From Nitrospinota bacterium (GTDB lineage Bacteria > UBA8248), in the NCBI GenBank assembly GCA_030754595.1, contig JASLZZ010000126.1, forward strand, positions 1-64,000: a stretch of 64,000 nucleotides of DNA, written 5' to 3'. The position numbers and the translations under genes are program-made. The notes beneath the pieces are model-generated. The model did not search any database. It was given only the letters and a program-made list of their open reading frames with translations, and was not told where the DNA came from. This document shows positions 1 through 8,156 of the stretch, one piece after another; position 1 is the first letter of the stretch; the number at the start of each line of letters is the position of its first letter.

Positions 1-592
1 TACTGGGTGTAGGTCCAAACCGGCAGGCCGGTGTCCTCGGGGCTGTGGCGAAGGATGATCTCGCGGCCGCGCATCGTTCTCCGTCCCTCGTACTTGCCGA
101 CCACGGTGCCCGCGGCGGCGGCGATGATCGGCGTGCCGTAAACCGTCGGCATGTCGATGCCGCCGTGATATTGCTCCCGGTCGCGCTTGTAGGTGTAGTC
201 GATGGCCCAGGTCTCGTCGATGCCGAGGCAGTCGAGGTTTTCGGGGAAGGCGGGCTCCAGGCCGGTCTCGAACAGGCCCCGCTTGACGGCGACCTGGATA
301 TCGCAGCTCCGGCCGCGGCCGATGCCGCAGAGGGTTTCCTCGTCGAGGGCGTCCTCGGTCACCTGGCCGTCAAGTGTGGCGCCACCGCCTCGGCCGCGCC
401 GGGGTCTTTGTTGGCTTTTTTTCTCCGCCTGCCGTCGTGTCTCCGTCTGCCGCCGGCGCTTTCCGCGTCCATGCGCTTGAGCGCCGCGTCCGGCGCGGGC
501 TGGGATGCCGCGGGATGACGGCAGCCGGCCAGGATGAACGCGAGTAAAAACGTTCCGGCGATCTTGCCCGCGCTGAAGATGCCGGCCTTCAT
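1..592 (-). pseudogene. M23-family metallopeptidase lipoprotein, frameshifted and running off the window edge
   Basis: ATG 592 with GGGGGAG RBS gives a signal peptide with lipobox LAGC but stops at 359. The -1 frame continues ...YHGGIDMPTVYGTPIIAAAAGTVV...TYTQ, the M23 HxGxD-GTP motif. An A7 tract at 416-422 is a candidate slip site. Confidence 0.7.
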
Positions 593-881
593 GGACAGAC
601 TCCCCCCGGGTATTTAATCCTCAAAATCGCGCCTTGCGATATTTGACGACGCACTCCCGGAACCGGCGGCCACACCGGTCTCCGCCTGGTTTCAGGTTAG
701 AAGATTTTCATCATCATGGCCACTGAGAACCGGCATCCATTATCCTGCCGGCACGGCAAGGAAGAGCCCCTATGGGATCGATACGAGGCCGCGCTACAAT
801 CCGGCTTGAAATTATGAACTGGCTTTTCAAGATGGAATTTTAAGCCGCGCCGGCGGACCGAATTTTTAGGGAGGACACACC

Positions 882-2117
882 ATGACATTCGGATTGATGG
901 CCAAGGATTGTGAAATTCGCGTCGACTACGACAAGCTTCGAAAGGATCGCCTGCGCAAGACGAACGAACAGATGAAGCAGGACGGGATCGCCGTCCTGCT
1001 CTGCTTCGACCCGGACTGGATTCGCTACATCACCAGCACCAAGGCGAACGATTGGGCGAACAACAAGCTCCTTCGAAGCGTTCTTTTCGCCGCGGACCGG
1101 GAGCCTATCCTCTACGAGTTGGGGAGCGCGATTGAGGCGAAGAAAGAGCTTTGCCCGTGGATAGCCGACCGGATGCATCCCTCCATCGGAACCTGGCGAG
1201 GCGCCTTCCCGCGCGAGGTGGTCACCGAAAATGCACTAAAATTCGCGAAAATGGTGAAGGCCCACCTCAAGGAGCTTGGCCTTGAGAACGAGCCGCTCGG
1301 GCTCGACATCACCGAGATTCCGATTCTTCAGTCCCTCGAAGCCGAGGGCGTCACGGTTGTGGACGGTCAGCAGACTCTGCTCGAGGCCTCCAAAATCAAG
1401 ACGCCCGAGGAGGTCGAACTCATCGAAACCTCGATCTCAATCGTGGAGGCAGCCTTCTGGGAGGTGGTCAACACCGCCAAGCCCGGAGTGCGCGAGCTCG
1501 ACATCGCGGCCATGATGCGCGATGTCATGTACCGGTACGGCGCCGAGGAGATGCAGAATATCAACGTCATCTCCGGCAATCGCTCCCACCCGCATCCGCA
1601 CGATTTCTCGGACCGCATGCTCCGCATGGGCGATATGCTGTTCATCGATGTCGTCAGCGTCTTCAACGGCTACAAGACCTGCTATTACCAAACTTTCTGT
1701 ATCGGCAAGCCGTCCAAGAAACAACTCGACGTTTACCGGCAAACCTACGAATGGCTCTTCGCCGCGATCGACCTGGTGAAGCCGGGCGTCAGCACCGCGG
1801 ACATCGCGGCCGTCTGGCCCTCCGCTGAGGAGCTGGGTCTTTCCGGCGAGGCCGAGGCCTTCGCCCTTCAGGTCGGCCACGGCATCGGCATCACCCACTG
1901 GGGCAAACCGGTCATCAGCCGTTTCTTCTCGTTCGATCATCCCGAAATCATCGAGGAGGGCATGGTGCTGGCGTTCGAGACCTACTGTGGACACGGAAAC
2001 GACGGCGCGCGCATCGAAGAGCAGTTTGTCGTCACCGAAAGCGGGGTCCGGATGCTCAGCAAGTTTCCGTCGCGGGACTTGATCGCCTGCCCGTGCGTCG
2101 GCTCCCTGCTGCCCTGA
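882..2117 (+). CDS. Xaa-Pro peptidase / creatinase-like M24 family protein
   Basis: GGAGG RBS; creatinase-like N-domain followed by pita-bread motifs (IKTPEE, D..S.FNGY, GHGIG, E...G.RIEE). Confidence 0.85.
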   Translation: MTFGLMAKDCEIRVDYDKLRKDRLRKTNEQMKQDGIAVLLCFDPDWIRYITSTKANDWANNKLLRSVLFAADREPILYELGSAIEAKKELCPWIADRMHPSIGTWRGAFPREVVTENALKFAKMVKAHLKELGLENEPLGLDITEIPILQSLEAEGVTVVDGQQTLLEASKIKTPEEVELIETSISIVEAAFWEVVNTAKPGVRELDIAAMMRDVMYRYGAEEMQNINVISGNRSHPHPHDFSDRMLRMGDMLFIDVVSVFNGYKTCYYQTFCIGKPSKKQLDVYRQTYEWLFAAIDLVKPGVSTADIAAVWPSAEELGLSGEAEAFALQVGHGIGITHWGKPVISRFFSFDHPEIIEEGMVLAFETYCGHGNDGARIEEQFVVTESGVRMLSKFPSRDLIACPCVGSLLP

Positions 2118-2162
2118 TCGGCGCGCGCCTTTTGCCGAATCGGCCGGCTTATTCGTTTCGGT

Positions 2163-2792
2163 TTACTCCTCGGCCAGCCGCCGGCCGAACCGCTCGTCGA
2201 AAACAACTTCCTCGAGAGGAACCCTCCGGCGCCAGCCCACCGACTCGAGCAGGGGGGCGCCGGAGAATTCCTCCGGATACCCCATGCACAGGTAGGCCAC
2301 GGGAACCACCGGCTCGGGCAGCTCTAGAATTTCCGAAAGCTCCCGGTTGTCGAGAATGCTGACCCACCCCACTCCGACGCCCTCCGCCCGCGCGGCCAGC
2401 CAGAGGTTTTGGACAGCCAGGCAGGAGCTGAAAATATCGGTGTCCTGGATGGTGTTCCGGCCGAGCACCGCACCCCCTCGGGCGCGGTCGCAGGTCACGC
2501 AGACGTTGAGGGGCGCCTCGAGGATGCCCTCGAGCTTGAGGGAATCGTAAAGCGCCCGCCGCTCGCCGCTGTAGTTTTCCGCGCCCCGGGCGTTTTCTCT
2601 TTCGAACATGGCCTTCACGCGCCGCCGGGTCTCCATCTCTCTTATCAGGATGAAGTTCCAGGGCTGCATGAACCCCACCGACCCGGCGTGGTGCGCCGCG
2701 TCCAGGATGCGGCGGAACACATCGCTGTCCACCGGGTCCGGCCGGAACCGGCGGATGTCGCGCCTGGAGTAGATCGCCTCGTAGAGTTCCAT
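2163..2792 (-). CDS. bluB: 5,6-dimethylbenzimidazole synthase BluB (nitroreductase fold)
   Basis: RRDIRRF, AHHAGSVGFMQPWNF, LKLEGILEAPLN, LGRNT and QNLWLAARAEGVGVGWVSI motifs. Confidence 0.85.
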   Translation of the reverse strand: MELYEAIYSRRDIRRFRPDPVDSDVFRRILDAAHHAGSVGFMQPWNFILIREMETRRRVKAMFERENARGAENYSGERRALYDSLKLEGILEAPLNVCVTCDRARGGAVLGRNTIQDTDIFSSCLAVQNLWLAARAEGVGVGWVSILDNRELSEILELPEPVVPVAYLCMGYPEEFSGAPLLESVGWRRRVPLEEVVFDERFGRRLAEE

Positions 2793-3095
2793 ATTTATCC
2801 CCGAAGATAGATTAATTGTTGGTCTGTTTACATTTCGAAATTCATGAAAAAATTAATTGAACCGGAATTATGCGGCAACTCGCTGCGTTTCTCAAATTTC
2901 GGTCAAATCCGCCCTTCCTCGTATGGCGCCCTCCCCGCGGGGCCGGCCTGGCCGGTAAGCGGAATGAAGATTCCCCCGACTTTGATTTGAACTCTTTCGG
3001 TTTGATCGTCTGAAAATTTAACCGCGGGATAATAAAAGCGCGGGATGCGAAACCCGGAGAGGCCGCCGGTGGAGGTCTCTCCACCAGACAGAGGT

Positions 3096-3299
3096 CTACC
3101 CTTCCCGCTTGCTGCGGCGGGGGGCTTCGTCCCCTGTTTGCCTGATCTCGCGGCGGGCCACCCGGGCGAGGCGGTCGCGCACCCACCCCGAGGTGGAGAG
3201 CCCGACCTTTCCCGAGGCGGTCTGGATGAGATCGAGAAGATCCTGGTTCATCCTAATTTGCAAGGGCTTATCGTGTTTCCTCTTCTCCGCTTTGACCAT
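3096..3299 (-). CDS. small ribbon-helix-helix DNA-binding protein (67 aa)
   Basis: MVKAEKRKHDKPLQIRMNQDLLDLIQTASGKVGLSTSGWVRDRL: beta strand LQIRM, helix, G-x-S-x-S turn, helix. Confidence 0.65.
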   Translation of the reverse strand: MVKAEKRKHDKPLQIRMNQDLLDLIQTASGKVGLSTSGWVRDRLARVARREIRQTGDEAPRRSKREG

Positions 3300-3312
3300 G
3301 CCAGAATTGTAC

Positions 3313-3429
3313 TGCCATTGGCACCATAATACAAGAAATAAAAAAAATGCGGCGCACCTGGAAAAACCTCTTGACACATACTGCCATTGGCAGCACAAAT
3401 ATACCTGCATACGTAGTGCCAATGGCACT
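3313..3429. promoter_or_regulatory. three palindromic TGCCA-W-TGGCA operator-like boxes in a divergent promoter region
   Basis: Copies at 3313-3323, 3382-3392 and 3415-3429 (AGTGCCAATGGCACT, 7-bp perfect arms). TTGACA at 3371-3376 lies 5 bp before box 2. Confidence 0.65.
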
Positions 3430-3558
3430 TCAGTCAAGCTTTCCCGCGATGAAGATAACGGTTAAGGCTCTGATCCTCCAGGGACGCATCCCCGGAGGAA
3501 AAACCCCCGAGAGAAAGTTGCCGTATCTATTAACTCTTTATATTTCACGAGGTTCCGG

Positions 3559-4422
3559 ATGCAGGCCACCGCCGGCGGCAAATGAGAAAAAGCCCTGAAA
3601 CGGCTCGGCCTCCGCGAAGGCGCCGACCGCTCCCGGGTCCGGAGCGCCTTCCGGAAACTCGCTTTTGACTGCCATCCCGACCTCCACGGCGGTGACCCGG
3701 AAAAGGCCCGCCTTTTTCAGGAGCTTCTCGACGCATTCCAGATCATCACCGATGAATCCGCGTTTGTCCTTCCCCCGGGGCACGCAAAGATCTCCCCCAC
3801 GGATTCTGCCCAGGGCCGCGATCTTCATTACCGGCTTCGGCTGGACTTTATCCAAGCGGTCCTGGGCGGGGAGGTCTCACTCCGGTTTTCGCGCCGCGTC
3901 GATTGCCCGGAGTGCAAGAAAGAAAAGCGCGCCCCCAGCCCCCGCTGCCCCAGTTGCCGGGGCATCGGCCGGGTCCAGCAGGAGAGCGTCATCGGAATCC
4001 GGGTTCCACCCGGCGTCGAGGACAGCGAAATCCTCCGTTTCAAGGGCCAGGGAAACGAAGGCCTCTCGGGCGGCGAGGCCGGCGATCTTCACCTCCTCCT
4101 CTCGGTGCGGGGACACCCCGCCCTCAAGCGCAGGGGGCTGGACATCTACAGCGAACTGAAGCTCCCAGAGTCCCGGCTCAGGGAGGGCGGGGCGGTCGAG
4201 GTCGCCACCATCCGCGGCAGCCGGAGAATATCTCTCCCCCCCTACACCTTGTCCGTAAAAATCTTTCAGCTGAAAGGACTCGGCGTCCAACGCCGGGCCG
4301 GCGACTTCACCGACTACGGAGATCACTTCGTCCGGGTGACCGCCATCAAGAGCGAAGCCATACAGGAAGCGAGAGGGGCGCCCGCCGCGGGAGGCGCTTG
4401 GGCGACGGCGAAGAGCGGGTAG
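3559..4422 (+). pseudogene. DnaJ-class co-chaperone with in-frame TGA at codon 9
   Basis: GAGG RBS then ATG 3559; MQATAGGK*EKALKRLGL...RKLAFDCHPD (J domain), CPEC/CPSCRGIG zinc motifs, DnaJ C-terminal domain; in frame with ORF 4105-4422; TGA at 3583-3585. Confidence 0.75.
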
Positions 4423-4436
4423 CAGGGGGAAATTAA

Positions 4437-4698
4437 TTGGCCGTTGGCAGCCAGGCAGGCGACTACGGATTCACGGGCGGAGCCGAGCGGGACAGCCACT
4501 CAGGCGATCGGCGCGCCCGGATTCGGGAACGATTCGCCTTCCATAAAAACCTTTTTTCGGGCGCCGGGGGCCTCAATAAAAGCGCCCGCGTCATCGACCT
4601 CGAACCCATCGAGGCGAACCAAATCGAATCCGCCGCCGAAGCGGACCCCCGAAAATACAAGCGCCACCGGGGGGGGCATCATCAACATCGAAATTTAA
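4437..4698 (+). pseudogene. small hypothetical protein, probably frameshifted in a G8 tract
   Basis: GGGGG RBS and TTG 4437. Removing one G from G8 (4669-4676) ends the protein ...RGGIINIEI* at 4698, just before the convergent PilZ gene; otherwise the frame overlaps PilZ by ~250 bp. Confidence 0.4.
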
Positions 4699-4731
4699 CC
4701 CCGCGCCCGGGATACAGCTCCGGACCCGGCC

Positions 4732-5094
4732 TCAAACCTCCTTGTTCAGGCTGGCCTTGTCGAGGCTGGCCTGAATCGCCTCCATCGCCCTTCCGAACTC
4801 GACTCGCTTTTCTCCGGGCATTTCGAACAGCAACCCGGCGCTCCAGTTGGGAGGCTGGTTTTCCAGGTTCTTCTTTTTCCAGACCACGGTGGCCTCGCCT
4901 TTGTACTCCGAGCCATCGATCGCAACGCTGCACTCGCTCGCGGCCCACAGCTGGGGATCGTCTTCCAGCTCAACCATGAAGCCGCCGGCGCTCAGATTCA
5001 CGGGGCGGACAAGACCGCCCGATATCCCGGGAACCTTCAACTCAAATGGAAGCTCATAGCGTTGAAATTGACGCCGCTGGGTTCCATCGGCCAT
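4732..5094 (-). CDS. PilZ domain protein (c-di-GMP receptor)
   Basis: RRQFQR (RxxxR) and NLSAGG (D/NxSxxG) motifs. Confidence 0.8.
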   Translation of the reverse strand: MADGTQRRQFQRYELPFELKVPGISGGLVRPVNLSAGGFMVELEDDPQLWAASECSVAIDGSEYKGEATVVWKKKNLENQPPNWSAGLLFEMPGEKRVEFGRAMEAIQASLDKASLNKEV

Positions 5095-5231
5095 AGAGAG
5101 AGATCCTTTCCGTTGGGTGGGCAGTCAACCGGCCGCCGAAATTATTCACCAACTCCCGCCCTCCCGCGAAACGGCCACGGAGCCACCCTCCCCGCCACCA
5201 GCGACGTATCGGCGGCGATTCAGACGGCGGT

Positions 5232-6398
5232 TCAGGCGGGGGGCGGTTCATACAACCGCGCGGCCACCCGGTTTCGGCCCTGACCCTTGGCGAGGTAGAG
5301 AAGCTCGTCCGCCGCGGAGTACATGGCGTTCCAATCCTTCGGGCGCCTCGATTTCTGGGGCTCGACACCGAGAGCACCCATACTCACCTTGACCGCGCCT
5401 GCGGAGGGCATTCCGGTGAAATGGGCCGATTCCACGGCTTTCCGGACCCGCTCCGCCACAACGGCCAGATTTTCAAAACTCGTACGGGGAAGAAGAATTC
5501 CGAACTCCTCGCCCCCCAACCGGAAATGGGCGTCGAGGTCCCGCGTCTGGGTCCGGATGATGGGGGCGAGCTGTTTGAGGACCGCGTTCCCCTGCGGGTG
5601 CCCGAAGGTGTCGTTGATTTTCTTGAAATGATCGATGTCGATCATGATCAGGCCGAGCGGCTGGCCCACCCGCCTCACCCGGGAGAGCTCGCGGGCGGCG
5701 ACATCCTGGAACCCGACGAAATTCATCACGCCCGTGAGCGAGTCCATATAGGCCGCCTTGCGGAACTGCGACTGGCTGACGCTGTGCGCCAGGAAAACCG
5801 TCGTCAGATCCTTTTGCGTGAGGAAAATATCGAAGAGGCGCTCGAGATGGCCCTTCAGGACATCCTTTGACAAGTCCAGTGGAATAACCGCATCCGTCCA
5901 GGAGTGGGGAAGCGCGCTCATCGCCACCATGGCGCTGTCCACGAAGGCCACGATGGACAGCGGGGCACCCCTGTTCTCCTCCCGGAGTTCTTCCATGAAG
6001 AGATGAATTTCGGCGGCGTTCTCGCCCACATAAACCAACAAAGCGAGCGGCGGGTCTTTATCCAGCCGTTCGATCAGATCGTCGGGGGGAGATGAGTGTT
6101 GATCCTGGATCGGAATCGTCACGAGGTCCGACAGGCGCAGCATCGCGGTCTCGGAGAAACCGATGGCGGCCAGCCGGGTCAGGGAGTTGGAACTCGACAG
6201 AAAGGCACGCAGGGCGGCGTCCTGCTCGAGCTCGGCCAGGTTTTGGAGCGCCTCCCGCGATTTGGGGGAGAGCATGTTCAGCAGGAACCTGCCCTCGCCA
6301 ACCCCGAACTCGAGGCCCGCGTCCGCCCCACCGTCCGGAGAAGCGGAATATTCAGGGTCAGACGGTTGCGCCGGGTCGGCCGGTTGTGGAGGCGTCAC
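5232..6398 (-). CDS. diguanylate cyclase (GGDEF domain)
   Basis: DSLTG, DIDHFKKINDTFGH, RDLD I-site five residues before GGEEF; start codon uncertain. Confidence 0.9.
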   Translation of the reverse strand: MTPPQPADPAQPSDPEYSASPDGGADAGLEFGVGEGRFLLNMLSPKSREALQNLAELEQDAALRAFLSSSNSLTRLAAIGFSETAMLRLSDLVTIPIQDQHSSPPDDLIERLDKDPPLALLVYVGENAAEIHLFMEELREENRGAPLSIVAFVDSAMVAMSALPHSWTDAVIPLDLSKDVLKGHLERLFDIFLTQKDLTTVFLAHSVSQSQFRKAAYMDSLTGVMNFVGFQDVAARELSRVRRVGQPLGLIMIDIDHFKKINDTFGHPQGNAVLKQLAPIIRTQTRDLDAHFRLGGEEFGILLPRTSFENLAVVAERVRKAVESAHFTGMPSAGAVKVSMGALGVEPQKSRRPKDWNAMYSAADELLYLAKGQGRNRVAARLYEPPPA

Positions 6399-6481
6399 CT
6401 TAACCCACCGGGGGAAACGAAAAAAACCAGCTATCGAAACCCCGAAATCATCCGCCGAAGGGAGCCCGGGGCAATCTCAAA

Positions 6482-8122
6482 TCAGTCCGCCAGCACGAAT
6501 GAATGCCGCCGAAAGGAAACGTTCAGTTCCTCGCGGGCCACCTTCTCGCAGGCTTCGATGTCGATGATGCCCGGCATATCCACGGCGGTGACCTCGACAT
6601 CGCCAAACAGCCTTTTCGCCTCGCTGACAAACTCCTTGACGGAAGGATACGGGTTTTCGATCTCTTTGGTCTTGCACACTTTCTCGTAGGCCTCCGGGCT
6701 CTCGGCCTGAAGGCTCACCGAGATCGCGTCGATCAGGCCCAGGAGCTCGGGGAGGATGCTCCTCCCGTTGACCCGGTTTCCGAGGCCGTTCGTCGCCAGG
6801 CGGATTCGCTTGGCGCCGCGTCCCCGCAGTTCCAATGCCACCTGCTTGAGCTCCTCGAGCCGGGTCGTGGGCTCGCCGTACCCGCTGAAGACCACCTCCT
6901 CGTAGCGGTCCGGATCGCCCGCCGCCTCCAGGATCGCCTCGACCCCAGGGTCGCTCTCCAGCGTCAGGTCGTGGCCCACGAACACACGATCGCTCAAGAG
7001 GCCGCAGAATAAACACGCGTTGTAGCAGCGGTTCGTGATGTTGAGGTAAAGCTTTCCGGACAGGGGGTAGGCGATTGTACCCGGCACGGGACACGGCCCT
7101 ATCTTGAAGAGGCGCCGCACGTTGACGGAGGTGGCGCGCGCCACGTCCTCGAGGGTGAGCCCCTTGATCTCGGCGAGTTTTTCGGCCACCTGGACGGTAT
7201 AGGCGGGCTCGTTTCTTTTCCCGCGGTTCGGCGACGGGGTCAGGTAGGGACTGTCCGTTTCGACGAGAATCCGCTCGATCGGGACATCCGCGAAAACGCT
7301 CCGCAGCTCATCTGAATTCTCGAACGTGATGGGACCGGCCACCCCCAGATGCAAATCGAGGCCCAGGAACTTCCGCGCGAGCTCCGCGTCCCCGGTGAAG
7401 CAGTGGACGACCCCGCCGACCCGCCACACCCTCTCTTCCTCGAGAATCGAGAACACATCCTCGCCCGCATCGCGGCAATGGACGATGACCGGCTTGCCAA
7501 TCTTCACGGCCATCCTGATCTGCTCGCGGAACCAGTGTTTTTGAAGCTTCCGGGGGGAATGATCGTAGTGGTAGTCGAGACCGATCTCGCCGATGGCGAC
7601 CACCTTGGCGTTATCGGCGAGGACCTTGATGTGTCCGGCGGACTTGTTCGCGACGGATTTCACGTCGTGGGGATGAACCCCCACGGCGGCGAACACCTCT
7701 TCGAAGGAGTTGGCGATATCCACCGTTTTGCGGCTGCTGTCCAGATCCGAGCCGACGGCGATGATGGTCCCCACACCCTTGGACAAGGCGCGCTCGAGAA
7801 TCTTTCGGCGGTCGCCGTCGTAGTCGGAGGCATCGATATGGGCGTGGGAGTCGACCAGGATGGCCGCACCCTCGACCAGAGGGATACTCTCGAACGCTTT
7901 CTCGTCGACGGCTTTTCCAGCACTCGGGGCGCCCTGGGCGGACCGGCCGGACTGGGTAGGACCCCCTCTTTGCCCGCGGCCGCGGCGGCGGCTGTTCTTC
8001 GGACGGCCGCCTCGGCGGCCCGAGCCCTTGCGGCGAGGCCTTCCGCCCGCGCCCTCGTCGCGGGCCCCGGAATTTTTTGGCTGTCCCCCGGAAGCCTGCT
8101 CCGGTTTGTCCGAATCCGCCAT
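6482..8122 (-). CDS. tatD: TatD-family DNase fused to TatD-associated radical SAM domain
   Basis: DSHAH, GVHPH, GEIGLDY, VHCR, ETDSPYL, then LYLNITNRCYNACLFC (CxxxCxxC) and GYGEPT; Arg/Gly-rich N-terminal tail. Confidence 0.9.
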   Translation of the reverse strand: MADSDKPEQASGGQPKNSGARDEGAGGRPRRKGSGRRGGRPKNSRRRGRGQRGGPTQSGRSAQGAPSAGKAVDEKAFESIPLVEGAAILVDSHAHIDASDYDGDRRKILERALSKGVGTIIAVGSDLDSSRKTVDIANSFEEVFAAVGVHPHDVKSVANKSAGHIKVLADNAKVVAIGEIGLDYHYDHSPRKLQKHWFREQIRMAVKIGKPVIVHCRDAGEDVFSILEEERVWRVGGVVHCFTGDAELARKFLGLDLHLGVAGPITFENSDELRSVFADVPIERILVETDSPYLTPSPNRGKRNEPAYTVQVAEKLAEIKGLTLEDVARATSVNVRRLFKIGPCPVPGTIAYPLSGKLYLNITNRCYNACLFCGLLSDRVFVGHDLTLESDPGVEAILEAAGDPDRYEEVVFSGYGEPTTRLEELKQVALELRGRGAKRIRLATNGLGNRVNGRSILPELLGLIDAISVSLQAESPEAYEKVCKTKEIENPYPSVKEFVSEAKRLFGDVEVTAVDMPGIIDIEACEKVAREELNVSFRRHSFVLAD

Positions 8123-8156
8123 TCGCGCTTCTTTCCTTTCCCGAATTCGCCGTCGG

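Noticed and set aside
2793..3095. Possible cobalamin riboswitch upstream of bluB
   Set aside because: No recognisable B12-box or GCCACTG/GGGAAG core on the minus strand.
3096..3437. 113-aa version of the RHH ORF with repeated CQWQY
   Set aside because: The peptide repeat is just translation through the palindromic DNA boxes; ATG 3299 gives a normal-size RHH.
3583..3585. Selenocysteine at the DnaJ-like TGA
   Set aside because: Not a Cys-equivalent position and only weak downstream hairpins.
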